DNA from: Camelus dromedarius
Lineage: Eukaryota
Direction of reading: 5' to 3'
NCBI RefSeq assembly: GCF_036321535.1
Contig: NC_087436.1
Location: 6,510,001-6,574,000, forward strand
Length of the DNA stretch: 64,000 nucleotides
In this document: positions 51,078 through 62,615 of the stretch, piece by piece
How the letters are laid out: each line of letters starts with the position of its first letter
Numbering within the stretch: position 1 is the stretch's first letter
Notes under the pieces: model-generated
What the model was told of the DNA's origin: nothing
The model's database searches: none
What the model saw: the letters and a program-made list of their open reading frames with translations, nothing else
Position numbers and translations under genes: made by a program

Positions 51078-52401
51078 GTAAGTTTGATTACACATATTGA
51101 TAAGAATTTTCTATTATTTCAGTTCATACTTGTTATACATTTTTTATACATTTAAGCAATATTTACTTTTTCTTTTCTTAGCATTATATATATACACCTT
51201 GAGCCACAAAGGAATTCTGATAGCTTAAAAATATGTGTAAAAGAAAAATATAAAATAAATATTTTAGTAAAGTAAGGTAAAGGAAACATAGCTGTGGAAA
51301 AAGAATAAAGTCATGGAAAATTCATAAATGAAATACATCCTACACCACTCTGACCCACTGCTAGAGAGGGACAGCAGATTTATCTCTAAGTTTCCTAGCG
51401 AGTTATGATTCAGAGACCAGCAGGTAAAAAGACACCACTTTGCTAATTCTGAAACCAAAGGATAATCTTGTGAGGAAATGAGACCCTGCCATGGATAACA
51501 TCCCAACCTGTAATAGTGGAAAAAAGAGATGAGTTAAGACAGCTATCTATAGTCCCTTTTTTAAGATCAATGACACAATTCCAAAGGACATTAAAACAAC
51601 TCTCTGATACACCAGAGCCTTGTGGTCCAAGTTCACAGCACCTGATTGTCCAAATAAAGTATATGCAGGACAATGGATGGAGTGCAAATCCTTCAGACAA
51701 TTTTTATTTTTTAGTATTAATTTCTTCAATTTGATTTTTGCTAAAGTTTGGGTTAGCAACTAGTTTGATTTTATGTTTTCTGAAAAGAGTATGGAGTGTG
51801 GACAGAGCTACATGTTTACAATATGAAAACAAAACATTAACAGCAAAGACATTTATAATATTGATTATATTAGCTAGTTATTTTTAGTTTTAAAAAACTT
51901 AGTCTAAAACTATGCTGCCCTTCAAAGTTGAATAATCCAGTTTCTGATTTACAAGCACTCCAAGCTATGCAACAAATAGGTCTCATCTCCTACCTCCCCC
52001 TGTGGCAACTAACAGGACTTGGAGACGGAGAAGACAAGTGCGCAGGCTTTCTTTTAGTATCTCTTGATCACGCTGGAGAATTCCAGCCTGTTGAAAGATT
52101 ATCTCGTTTAGAAGAATCCAAGGCATTTCTCCTGAGAGTTGTCACTGTCAAAGCTACCACAAGAGATGCTACCATCAAATCTTGTCACAACTAGGCTGCA
52201 AGGTCACACCGTGATAGGCAGCCTGACCCCTATACATACAGGAGGTGACACGTGACATACCCATCCCAGGAGGGTATGAGACCCCGTGTATGTCAGCTGT
52301 GGGAGAAGCTGGCACCTGAATTAGTCCACTTCCACCTGAAGATCATAACAAACCCAAGCAAAAGAAAACATTAAGGCTCCAAACCACATTTCTACTTTAA
52401 C

Positions 52402-52482
52402 AGGGAAGGAAGGAAGAAAGGAAGAGGGGAGGGGAGAGAGGGAGGGAGAAAGGAAGGAGAGGAAGAAGAGAAAGGAAGAAGG
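52402..52482. repeat. polypurine (GGAA/GGAG) tract
   Basis: About 80 nt of G/A only. Confidence 0.85.
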
Positions 52483-52751
52483 CACAACATGTATATTAAT
52501 GGAATTAGAAAATTGTATCTATTAGAACCAGATCAGATACCATCAAGTATTGTCTCTGAGTAATAATGTGGGATAAAATATTTTTATCTTTTACCATTTC
52601 ACTCCCTTTTTTAAAAGTTTTGACTTCTATTAATTAATATAACTCACTAATAGCATTATTTGAAAGTTGTATTATCATTTTCTAATAATTTACAGAACTA
52701 TGGATAAAGTCTTAAGAAAATAATATGACATGTTTGCAATTATTTCCCTAG

Positions 52752-52823
52752 GGATTTAGGAAGTAATAAGATTGAAAATCTTTCACCACATGTGTTTAAG
52801 GATCTGAAGGAGCTCTCACAATT
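52752..52823 (+). CDS. RXFP1: RXFP1 exon 12 (LRR)
   Basis: tag|G...TT|gtaagg, 72 nt; DLGSNKIENLSPHVFKDLKELSQL. Confidence 0.95.
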
Positions 52824-52849
52824 GTAAGGCTGATATATTAATTTTGTAC

Positions 52850-55150
52850 CTTTATTTTTAAATATATTTTATTTTTAAAGTGTGATAAAACGTACATGGC
52901 ATATGTATATTTACTTTACCATTTTAACCATTTTTAATTGTACAGTTGAGTGGCATTAAATTCACTCACATTGTTGTGCAAACATCACCACCATCCATCT
53001 CTAGAACTTTCATCTTTCAAAAATGAAACCCCATATCTATTAAACAGTAACTCCCCATCAACACCCCCTCGCACACACCAGCACCCATCATGCTGGTTTG
53101 TCTCTATGAAGCTGACATCTCTCAGCACCTCATATAGGTGGAATCACACAATATTTGTTCTTTTGTGACTGGCTTATTTCACTTAGCATAATGTCTTCAA
53201 GGTTCATCCATGTTTTAGCATGTGTTAAAAATTCTGAATATTATTATTCTGAATAATAGTACATTGAGTGTCTATATCACATTGTATTTATCCATTCATC
53301 CATCGATGGACATTTGGGTTGCTTCCACCTTTCAGCTGTTATGAGTAATGCTGCTACGAACATGGGGATGCAAATATCTGTTCAAGAACTTGTTTTCAAT
53401 TCTTTTGGGTTTATAGCCTCAGAAGTAGAATTACTAGATCATATGGTAATTCCATTTTTAATTTTTTAAGGAAATACCGTAATACTCTTTTCCATAGTAG
53501 CTACACTATTTTATATTCCCACTGTCAGTGCACAAGGATTCCAGTTTCTCCATGTTTTCGACAACACTTGTTATTTTTTTTAATACTAGCCAATCTAATT
53601 GATGTGAAATGGTGCTTCATTGTGATTTTGATTTGCATTTCTCTAATGATTAATGATATTGAGCATCTTTTCATGTCCTTGTTGGCCATTTGTGTATTTT
53701 CCTTGCAGAATGTCTGTTCAAGTCTTTGCCCACTTTTAAATTGGGTTGTTTGATTTTTTGTTATTAAGTTGTAGGAGTGTATATATTTTATATACTAAAT
53801 CATTTTCAGGTATACGATTTACAAATACATTCTCCCATTAAGTAGGTTGCCTTTTCACTCTGTTAATAGTGTTTCCTGATGCACAAAAGTTTTTGATTTA
53901 GATTCAGTCCAATTTTTGTATTTTTTTCTTTTGTTACCTATACTTTTGGTATCATATGCAAGAAATCACTGCCTAATTCAATGTCATGAAACTTTTCTCT
54001 TATGATTTCTTCTAAGAGTTTTACAGTTTAACTTTTATATTTAGGCCTATGATCCATTTTGAGTAAATTTTGTACATGGTGTAAGCTAAGAGTCTAAGCA
54101 CATTGTTTTTGGTTTTTCTTTTTGCATGTAGATGTCTGTTGGGTTTTCCCAGCATCATTTGTTGAAAAGATCGACCTGTCTCCATTGAACTTTCTTGGCA
54201 TGTTGTTAAAAATTATCTGTACAAATTATATAAACAAATTATAAATTATATATACAAAAGTTTGTTCCTGGGCTCTACATTCTGTTCCATTTTTCTTTAT
54301 AACTGTCTTTATGCCAGTACCACACTGTTTTGATTACTGTAGCTTTGTAGTAAGTTTTGAATCAGGAAGTGAGATCTCTAACTATGTTCTTCTTTTTCAA
54401 GATTATTTTAGCTATCAGGTTCCCTTGAGATGCCATAGGAATTTTAGGATGTATTTTTCTATTTATGCAAAAAAAAATTGGGATTTTGACAGCAATTACA
54501 CCGAACCTGTAGATTGCTTTAGGTAGTGTTGGTATCTTAACAATACTAAATCTTCCAATCCATAAACACAGAATGTCCTTCCATTTATTGGTTACTTCTT
54601 TAATTTCTTTCAGCAAGTTTGTTTACAAAGTACCAGTCTTTCACCTTTATTCAGTTTATTTCTAAGTATTTTGTTCTTTCAATGCTATTGTAAATGTTAT
54701 TGTTTTCTTAATTTTCTTTTTGGATTGCTCATGTTAGTGTATAGAAATGCATTTGATTATTGCTTGTTGTTGCATTTGATTATTGATTATTGTTTGATTA
54801 TTGTGTGTCGGTTTCATATTTGGCAATTTTACTGAGTTTATTAGTTCTAACAGTTTTTGTGGGTATGTGTGTGTGTGAAATCTTTAGGGTTTTATACACA
54901 TAAAATCATGTCATCTGTGAACAGAGCTTATTTTACATCTCCCTTTCCAACTTGGATGCCTTTGATTTCTTGCCTAATTGCTCTGGCTAGGACTTCTAGT
55001 ACTATGTTGAATAGAAATGGCAGAAGTCAGCATCCTTGTCTTATTACTGATTTTAGAGGAAAAGCTCTCTGCCTTTACCGCTGAGTGTGACGTTGGCTAT
55101 GGACTTTCACATACAACCTTTGTTATACTAAGATAGTTTCCTTCTATTTG
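52850..55150 (-). mobile_element. LINE-1 (ORF2 3' half + 3' UTR), antisense
   Basis: Minus-strand peptide [34 protein letters not shown]; typical antisense 3' UTR. Confidence 0.92.
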
Positions 55151-55918
55151 CAGGTGGTTGGGTCCCCTTCATTTCTTTCACACAACTCATGTTTCATTGT
55201 CATTCCCCCTCTCTGTCCTTCTGTCTGTAATCACCACCCTCCAGCAGCTCCTCCCTCCCAACTAATGGTCTAATCTTGAAAAGTGAACCTGCCTTGAGAA
55301 GTTTCCTTTAATCAATAGTCCTTGTTTCAAGGTGTTGTTTTACAAAGATTCTGAAACTTTCTCCATTTAAACTCAGCTGTACTGTCACTCCATCTACACC
55401 TCTTTTGTTCCCAGCTACAGCCTTTTTTACTTTTCATTTTGTGTCTCACAAATGGCTAATACAATATGCCACTCTTGGCATGATTTATTGTAAAATGTAT
55501 TCAATGTGATTTCATTAATATAAATTTCAACGAAATGAGGTTATTGTTTAATTGAAACCACATCTGATTATAGGGTAGAAAACCAGAAGTAGGTGCGTCT
55601 TCCCTTTGGGTACCCGACCGCCTCTCTGGTGGGAGCTGTTTCCTGACAGTCTCACCTTCGTGCTCACGTGGTCTTGGCTCTCTTTCTCTCTCTCACTGAC
55701 ACAGTCACAGAGCACTTAAAGGGGCCATGCACTATCCAAGTGTTCTTTCTCCATTACTCCATTTAAATGTCCAGTGAGCCCTACAGGGGCAAGTGCCAGT
55801 ACGGTCCTTTTTGGTTAATGTTCTTTAAACAAAAGGTAACCCTAAGTCAACAGATACCCTTCCTCTTTACTCAAGTAGTTTCTAGAAATGACCTATTGCT
55901 GCCTTTTTTAAAAAACAG

Positions 55919-55990
55919 GAATCTCTCCTATAACCCAATCCAGAAAATTCAAGCAAACCAATTTGATTATCTTGTCAAACTCAAGTCTCT
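55919..55990 (+). CDS. RXFP1: RXFP1 exon 13 (LRR)
   Basis: cag|G...CT|gtaagt, 72 nt; NLSYNPIQKIQANQFDYLVKLKSL. Confidence 0.95.
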
Positions 55991-56398
55991 GTAAGTATAA
56001 ACCTATGGGGATAGTTTTATGATGGAATTTTTATTTATATATTGATAACTGATAAATTCTGTAAAATAAGATTTATAGAGCCTCTCAAATCAGAAGCTTT
56101 ATTCCCAGGATATTACTTAAGCTCCACAAAAACTTAAGATGAGTGCTTGCTGGGCTATAAACAAACAAATAGCTGTTAGTTTAATCTTCTGTATTTATAA
56201 GCAAAAATTAGATAATGATTATTTTATATTCTCTATAATCACCAGGAGCTTATGCTGGATGGTTCGCTTTGATCTTCTACAGGCATACATGCGTTTCACC
56301 CCTTCATTAGCACTGGATATCTAAGAATGTATTATAGCCATTGTTATCCCAAGGGGCAACATTCTAGATTATAGAAATCATTACTTGCAGCACCTACA

Positions 56399-56400
<2 letters not shown>

Positions 56401-56431
<31 letters not shown>
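56401..56431. repeat. (CA)n microsatellite
   Basis: About 15 perfect units. Confidence 0.95.
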
Positions 56432-56433
<2 letters not shown>

Positions 56434-56916
56434 TTCTGTTAGGATCTAAGAATTGCCTTATGAAGATAAGCTTCAGTTCTTTTAAATGTTCCCTCAGTAA
56501 AATGGCATTTTATTAGGAAAAAATTTATTTTTTAAAACTTATTAGAAACATTTCAAGAATGTAAAATGCCTCTGCTATTGTAACATTGTCTAGAAGATAA
56601 CTCTCGCTCATTTATTTCACAAATACTTGTTGAGCGCTGTAACTGAGTATGCTTCAGTTAAAAAAAAATCAAGTACTTATTGAGTATTACTGTGCCACGA
56701 TCTATGAGAAGCAAAAATCCCAAACAGGGGACATGTATGTGCATAAATAACAGAATGAAAAAGGTGGTGGGGAAGTGCCTCGGGAAGATTGAGTATGAAT
56801 GTTTGGTTCGGAGTAAGTGTTAACTAACAGCACTTTATTAAATCTTCCTTCACAAAAACTCATTTTATTATACCCTGCACAACACGTTTTTTTGATAATC
56901 AATTTGATATTTTTAG

Positions 56917-56988
56917 CAGCCTGGAAGGAATTGAAATTTCCAATATCCAACACAGGATGTTCAGACCTCTCGCGAATCTCTCTCACAT
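56917..56988 (+). CDS. RXFP1: RXFP1 exon 14 (LRR)
   Basis: tag|CAGC...AT|gtaagc, 72 nt; SLEGIEISNIQHRMFRPLANLSHI. Confidence 0.93.
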
Positions 56989-58676
56989 GTAAGCAGACGT
57001 TTTTCTTGTTCTTCACTTCGATGTTAATCTTTTCCGTCTCCAAGTGTATTGTGCTAATACCTCCACACCCAATGCATCCGATCTGCTAGTATTTCCTACG
57101 GACTAATTCACCTAAACAATAATTAACTCTTAAATGGCTGACGTTGCCTAGGGTGACTTTAGTTTTCCGTAGTTTCGTGGCGTCAAAGGAGATGTGTTTG
57201 GATGGCAGAGAACAGGAGTGCGGCGGGAACCCACTCAGCCTCGTTCGCCCCCCTCCACTCTGCGGCCACTCCCAATACTGATGTTTGCCTGATGAGCTAG
57301 TCGTTTGTACACGTGGCATGAATGAGACCAGATGAAAGAGGAGTGTGTACAGACAGCACAAAACAATTATAGATAAATAACTGCTCTACAAGGAGGAAGG
57401 AAGAGAGAAGCCCTCCTCAGTGAAAACTGCCCAGAGCATCAGGGCATGACTGGGGCAAGGGTACATGGACAGAAGGGTAAACTTTGAAAAATCTTTCATT
57501 CAAACAGTGTGTCTCATCGCACCATTGATTACATGCTTTACAAACATTTTCTTTAATTGAATGCGATCTTATAGCCAGGATTAGAATGACCTCCATGCCA
57601 AGGTAATTAATTCTCAATAATTTAGAAAGTGGCATGTCAGCGACCACCAGTCTATCATCTGGCTTGTATTTTAAATCCAACAGAGGACACTGTTTTTGCT
57701 TTCCATAGTTCCTCAGAGAGAATGCTTATAAAATTCCCTTGGTTGCACACAACATAAAACACTCCGACTGAATTAAGCAAAGCAGAGTTTATTGGGAGAA
57801 AATGGCATAGCTCACAAAACCCGAGAAACAACTCATGGAGGCGACTTGAACTGGGCAGAAGCCACATCAGATACAGGGATCCAGGCAGCAAGAGTGAAAC
57901 TGCAGGACGATATACTGCAATCCTCAAGTTACCTTGTATTACTGCAACTCTTTATACGATAAACATCATTTCTATTTTATGCCGGAGTACATGGCTTTAG
58001 GGGCAAATAGATCGAAATTGAATCCTAATTTCTACACTTATTAGAAAATTTCCTGGCAGATAATTTGTCTCCATTGAAGCTTCATCTCCTCGTATGGTGA
58101 TACTGACACCAACCTCATGGAGTTGATGTGAGGGGTTGCCCCTGATACTTAGAAGATGCTCAAAAAACGGTGGGGGTGTTGGTGGTAACACAGTAGTAAT
58201 TACTGATTATTCAGGTGGTGACTGTTAACAAGGGAGGTCTCTCTACTGGTGAAAGGATTCACTCAACAAATACTTCCTGAACACCTTACTGTGTACCAAA
58301 ATCCAGGGTCAGAGATATACATGTTAGCAAGTAGTTACACATCACATGATTAACTTCTGTAATAGGAAAGTCATGGAAGTACAGAGGACAAAGAACTTAA
58401 CTCTCTCCCCCTGAGTGTGAAAAAGCAAAGTCAGCTGCAGTGATCATAGGAGTTCGGTAACAGTGCATTCACATACACCAAACCCTAAAAACCCAGTGAC
58501 TGTCTCCTTGGGTGGGCTGCCTGGATCACATGTTAATAGTTCATTCATATTCTAAGTCTTACCTAACATTTGTGTATTCATTTTGCTTGTTTGCTGCTCT
58601 CACATGTTCTTTTACAGTAAAATCAAGTTAATGAGAACTAAACTTAAGTTTCAAGCTGCAGTATCCCTCACGTCTT

Positions 58677-59074
58677 TTTTTTTTTTTTAATTGAAGTACA
58701 GTCAGTTACAATGTGTCAATTTCTGGTGTACAGCACAATGTCCCAGTCACGCATATACATACATATATTCGTTTTCATATTCTTTTTCATTAAAGGTTAT
58801 TACACAATATTGAATATAGTTCCCTGTGCTATACAGAAGAAATTTGTGGGTTTTTAAAATCTATTTTTATATATAGTGGCTAACATTTGTAAATCTCAAA
58901 CTCCTAAATTTATCCCTTCCCACCCCCCCTTTCCCCAGGTAACCATAAGATTGTTTACTATGTCTGCGAGTCTGTTTCTGTTCTGTAGATGAAGTTCATT
59001 AGTGTCCTTTTTTTCTCTTTTTTTAGATTCCACATATAAATGATATCATATGGTATTTTTCTTTCTCTTTCTGG
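58677..59074 (-). mobile_element. young 5'-truncated LINE-1 3' end with TSD
   Basis: Poly-T; TSD cctcacRtctt at 58666-58676 and 59075-59085; same family as 40436-40544. Confidence 0.92.
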
Positions 59075-59188
59075 CCTCACATCTTAAGACATTTTCTTTC
59101 TACTGAGAAAACGTAGACAACTGATATGCATGTAGAGTGACGCTGAATCAAATTTACAATCTTCTTTCCCCTTCTCTTTGTACCTCAG

Positions 59189-59418
59189 CTATTTTAAGAA
59201 ATTCCAGTACTGTGGCTACACCCCACATGTCCGCAGCTGCAAACCGAACACTGATGGCATCTCATCTTTAGAGAATCTCCTGGCGAGCATCATTCAGAGG
59301 GTGTTTGTCTGGGTTGTGTCTGCAGTCACATGCTTTGGAAACATCTTTGTTATTTGTACGCGACCTTACATCAGATCTGAGAACAGACTGCATGCCATGT
59401 CCATCATTTCTCTCTGCT
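59189..59418 (+). CDS. RXFP1: RXFP1 exon 15: hinge/C-cap, TM1, ICL1, start of TM2
   Basis: cag|C...GCT|gtgagt, 230 nt; [76 protein letters not shown]. Confidence 0.96.
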
Positions 59419-61059
59419 GTGAGTACCTCCTGGCTAATGAGGAATTTACCTTTTCAAAATATATAAAAAGCATTGCTACTAGAAAATAAGGAAACAGAGT
59501 AGCAGAATTATGAGATCTTTACAGTTTCTCCTCTTGGCTTGTATATCATTTTCACGTTCACTACAATGAAAATAAAATTACTTTAGCAGTAAGAAAGTTT
59601 TTTAACTAAGAAAACTCAGTCACTTCACACAGATGACTGAAGCTCCCACTCATGAATTCTGTCTCATAAAGAAGCTTTGGTTCATTTGCTGTCTTCTCTG
59701 AAGGTATTTTATTAAAGCATATAAAATCTTTTGCAATGAATAAAAGAGAAACTTCCATAGCCACATTGTCACATCCAGACCTGCTATTATCTTCTTGTTT
59801 GCACATCCAGTTCATAGACACTGACTCCATAGTTGCTTTTAACCTGCTAACATCTTTCCCACTCATAATTTGAAACATTTAAATAAGCAAGTGTTTTTAA
59901 GAAAGTGTTAAATTTTTTAAGTTTTGAAAATGTGGTTGCAAGGTATTTTGTTAAATGAGGAATACAAAAAAAATAGATTAAAGTTATAAACCAGTTCTCA
60001 GGGGGTGTACAGTCTGGGTCAAGTGGCCTGTGATTTAGCCATCCTCCTTCAAACAAGCATCAATCCACACCATGTTCTACTCTTCTGCGTGCCCTTCCAC
60101 ATCTTATCCGCACCCTATTCAAAGTCTAATGTCTAACTGTTTTTTCATTGCAAGCTAGCCAAGAAGCAGAACTCAGAAATTGTTTACTACTCTGTATTGT
60201 TAGCCACAGCATTTTGAATATGCTCAAATTCCCTGATAAAAGCTAGAATATAGCTTCTGTGTTTAAAGATTAGGGCCAGCCTAATGATTTATACCATGAT
60301 GTGATTTTTAGGATCTTTGTGTAGAATGCTTGTATGTTAAACAAACAAACAAAAATCACCTGCTTTCTGATATGTAGTATTTGCTTAAAAAGCAAATACT
60401 CCAAGAAGTGTATCACATTAACAGCTGATCTGGGGGCTGGAGAAGTCTAAAGAGACAGAGGAAGATGTTAAAATGGGAAGAGAGAATCAGAGAGAACCTC
60501 TGGTAAATCATTTAAGCCCCGCAAAACTACACTGACTGCAAAGCACTTCATCATTAGTCGTGTCTTCTAAATTATGGACTTCAAATATCATAGCAACTTC
60601 TGGATTACCTTCTCTGGGCTTTCGAATGATGCCTTTAGCTGGTTCTCCCCTGAGGAGAATCTCAGGGGAAGAGACGGACCCAATTATAACCTCCCCATCT
60701 TGTCCCTAATCGGATGCTCAACATAATTGCATTTTACTCATTTATTCAACACTTCCAGGTGATGGGGCTAGAATGGAAAACAAAACAGACAAGATCCCTG
60801 CTCTCACAGACCTGTCCATTAGTCAAAAGCAGAGAACTGATTACACAATCAGCTGCAGAGGGTCTCTACTGGTGGGGACCAAAGAGTTGGTGAAGTGGTC
60901 CTTACTAACAAACTAATTCTTAGAATAAAAACTACCTCCCCACCATGACAGAAGAAACTTGGCTATTTTTTAGCTAATCTTAAAAATATGACTGCTGACT
61001 GATAACTTCATTTTATCTGTTTTTCTCTCTAAATTTGTGAAACGTCCTGATCGCTCTAG

Positions 61060-61470
61060 GTGCCGACTGCCTGATGGGCATCTACCTATTCTCGATCGGA
61101 GCCTTTGACCTGAAGTTCCGAGGCGAGTACAACAAGCACGCGCAGCTGTGGACGGAGAGCCCGCACTGCCAGCTGCTGGGCTCCGTGGCCATCCTGTCCA
61201 CGGAAGTGTCGGTGCTGCTCCTGACGTTCCTGACGCTGGAGAAGTACATCTGCATTGTGTACCCTTTTCGATGTCTGAGACCCGGAAAGTGCAGAACCAT
61301 CACCGTTCTGATTCTCATCTGGATTGTTGGCTTCATCGTGGCTTTCGTCCCACTGAGCAATAAGGAATTTTTCAAAAACTACTACGGCACCAACGGAGTA
61401 TGTTTCCCTCTTCATTCAGAAGATACAGAAAGTATTGGAGCCCAGATTTATTCCGTGGCAATTTTTCTTG
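61060..61470 (+). CDS. RXFP1: RXFP1 exon 16: TM2-TM4, ECL2, start of TM5
   Basis: tag|GT...CTTG|gtaaga, 411 nt; CADCLMGIYLF...LTLEKYICIVYPF...NGVCFPLHSEDTESIGAQIYSVAIFL. Confidence 0.96.
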
Positions 61471-62137
61471 GTAAGAAATTCTGTCTGATAAGCGCTTTCA
61501 TTCTAATGTTAGAATACATCCCAGTAGGACTCTCATGATGCCTTCTAATGTTTACAGCTTTTTATCTCAGATCTTCTAAGCGAAAGTGACACTGGGGTGG
61601 ATTGTATCAGAATCTCCTGAAGGGATCTGTTTTCTAAATTACCACCTTATCACATTAATTTAGACAAGCTACTAAACACTTGCCTTTCACGCATTCACTC
61701 TAACAATACTAAGCAAAATATATTTTAACTCTGCCTTTATAACATGAACAAATTCAAAGTAGTCACACAACTCTTTGGCTTGAGAGTAGACAAACAAGTG
61801 TTTTCTCTTGTGAAAACATTTTCAAAGTAGAACTTAAAACAGTTGAATTACCAAAAAATTAATATGAGGAAGATTAATTTAATAAGCCCAAGATATTCAC
61901 TGAATGGCTATAATCTAATTTTAATATGCCATTTTAAAATTAAACATTTCATCATTGTTTATTACTTCAATGATATTTAAATTTTTTAATTCATGATTTT
62001 TGTACTTTAGTCATTCTTACGAAGAACAGAAAACACATTGTGGTCTTTGTATCTTCTTTGTAATAACTGCTAAGAGAATGTTTATTTGTTTTGAAAATGT
62101 TCATATTCATGAATAGTAAACTTTGTGTCCTTCATAG

Positions 62138-62356
62138 GTATTAATTTGGCAGCGTTTATCATCATAGTTTTTTCCTATGGAAGCATGTTTTACAGCGTTC
62201 ATCAAAGCGCCCTAACAGCCACTGAAGTTCGGAATCAAGTTAGAAAAGAGATGATCTTAGCCAAACGGTTTTTCTTTATTGTATTTACTGATGCCTTATG
62301 TTGGATGCCCATCTTTGTACTGAAATTTCTTTCATTGCTTCAGGTAGAAATACCAG
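62138..62356 (+). CDS. RXFP1: RXFP1 exon 17: TM5, ICL3, TM6, ECL3
   Basis: tag|GT...CCAG|gtacaa, 219 nt; [72 protein letters not shown]. Confidence 0.96.
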
Positions 62357-62615
62357 GTACAATTTTTTTTCTTTCTGTAAAGAAAAAATAAATCTCTTTC
62401 TACAGAGTTTCTCTAAGAAAGACACTTATGATCCCTAACACTAACTCATCTCAAGAAGTATAAGTCAGAGTTATATATACTTAAAGCTCTGTTCATCAAT
62501 AAAATGTTTATTGGCAGGAAGCTGTCCAGTTCTTTTTTTTCCCTAAGCCATTCCATTTTATTTTTAGATTAATATGAGTTACTTGTAAATTAAATTTTTG
62601 TCTTAAATGATATAC

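Larger units (their letters stand above)
4318..62356 (+). other. RXFP1: RXFP1 gene body (exons 2-17; exons 1 and 18 outside window)
   Basis: 16 exons with AG/GT boundaries join in one frame (138+105+106+72x4+75+72x5+230+411+219 = 1932 nt). They encode LDLa + LRRs + rhodopsin-like TM helices closely matching recalled human RXFP1. Confidence 0.97.

Noticed and set aside
61082..61415. Antisense ORFs over exon 16
   Set aside because: Expected shadow ORFs from a high-GC3 coding strand.
4318..62356. RXFP1 pseudogene or RXFP2 identity
   Set aside because: No stops or frameshifts and all splice sites are canonical; the long linker exon and the peptide sequences match RXFP1.
62345..62365. ORF-track reading VEIPGT, suggesting the human-like ECL3 G-T motif linked to ML290 sensitivity
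   Set aside because: The exon ends after CCA G and the GT residues in the track come from intron read-through; the true residues depend on exon 18, outside the window.
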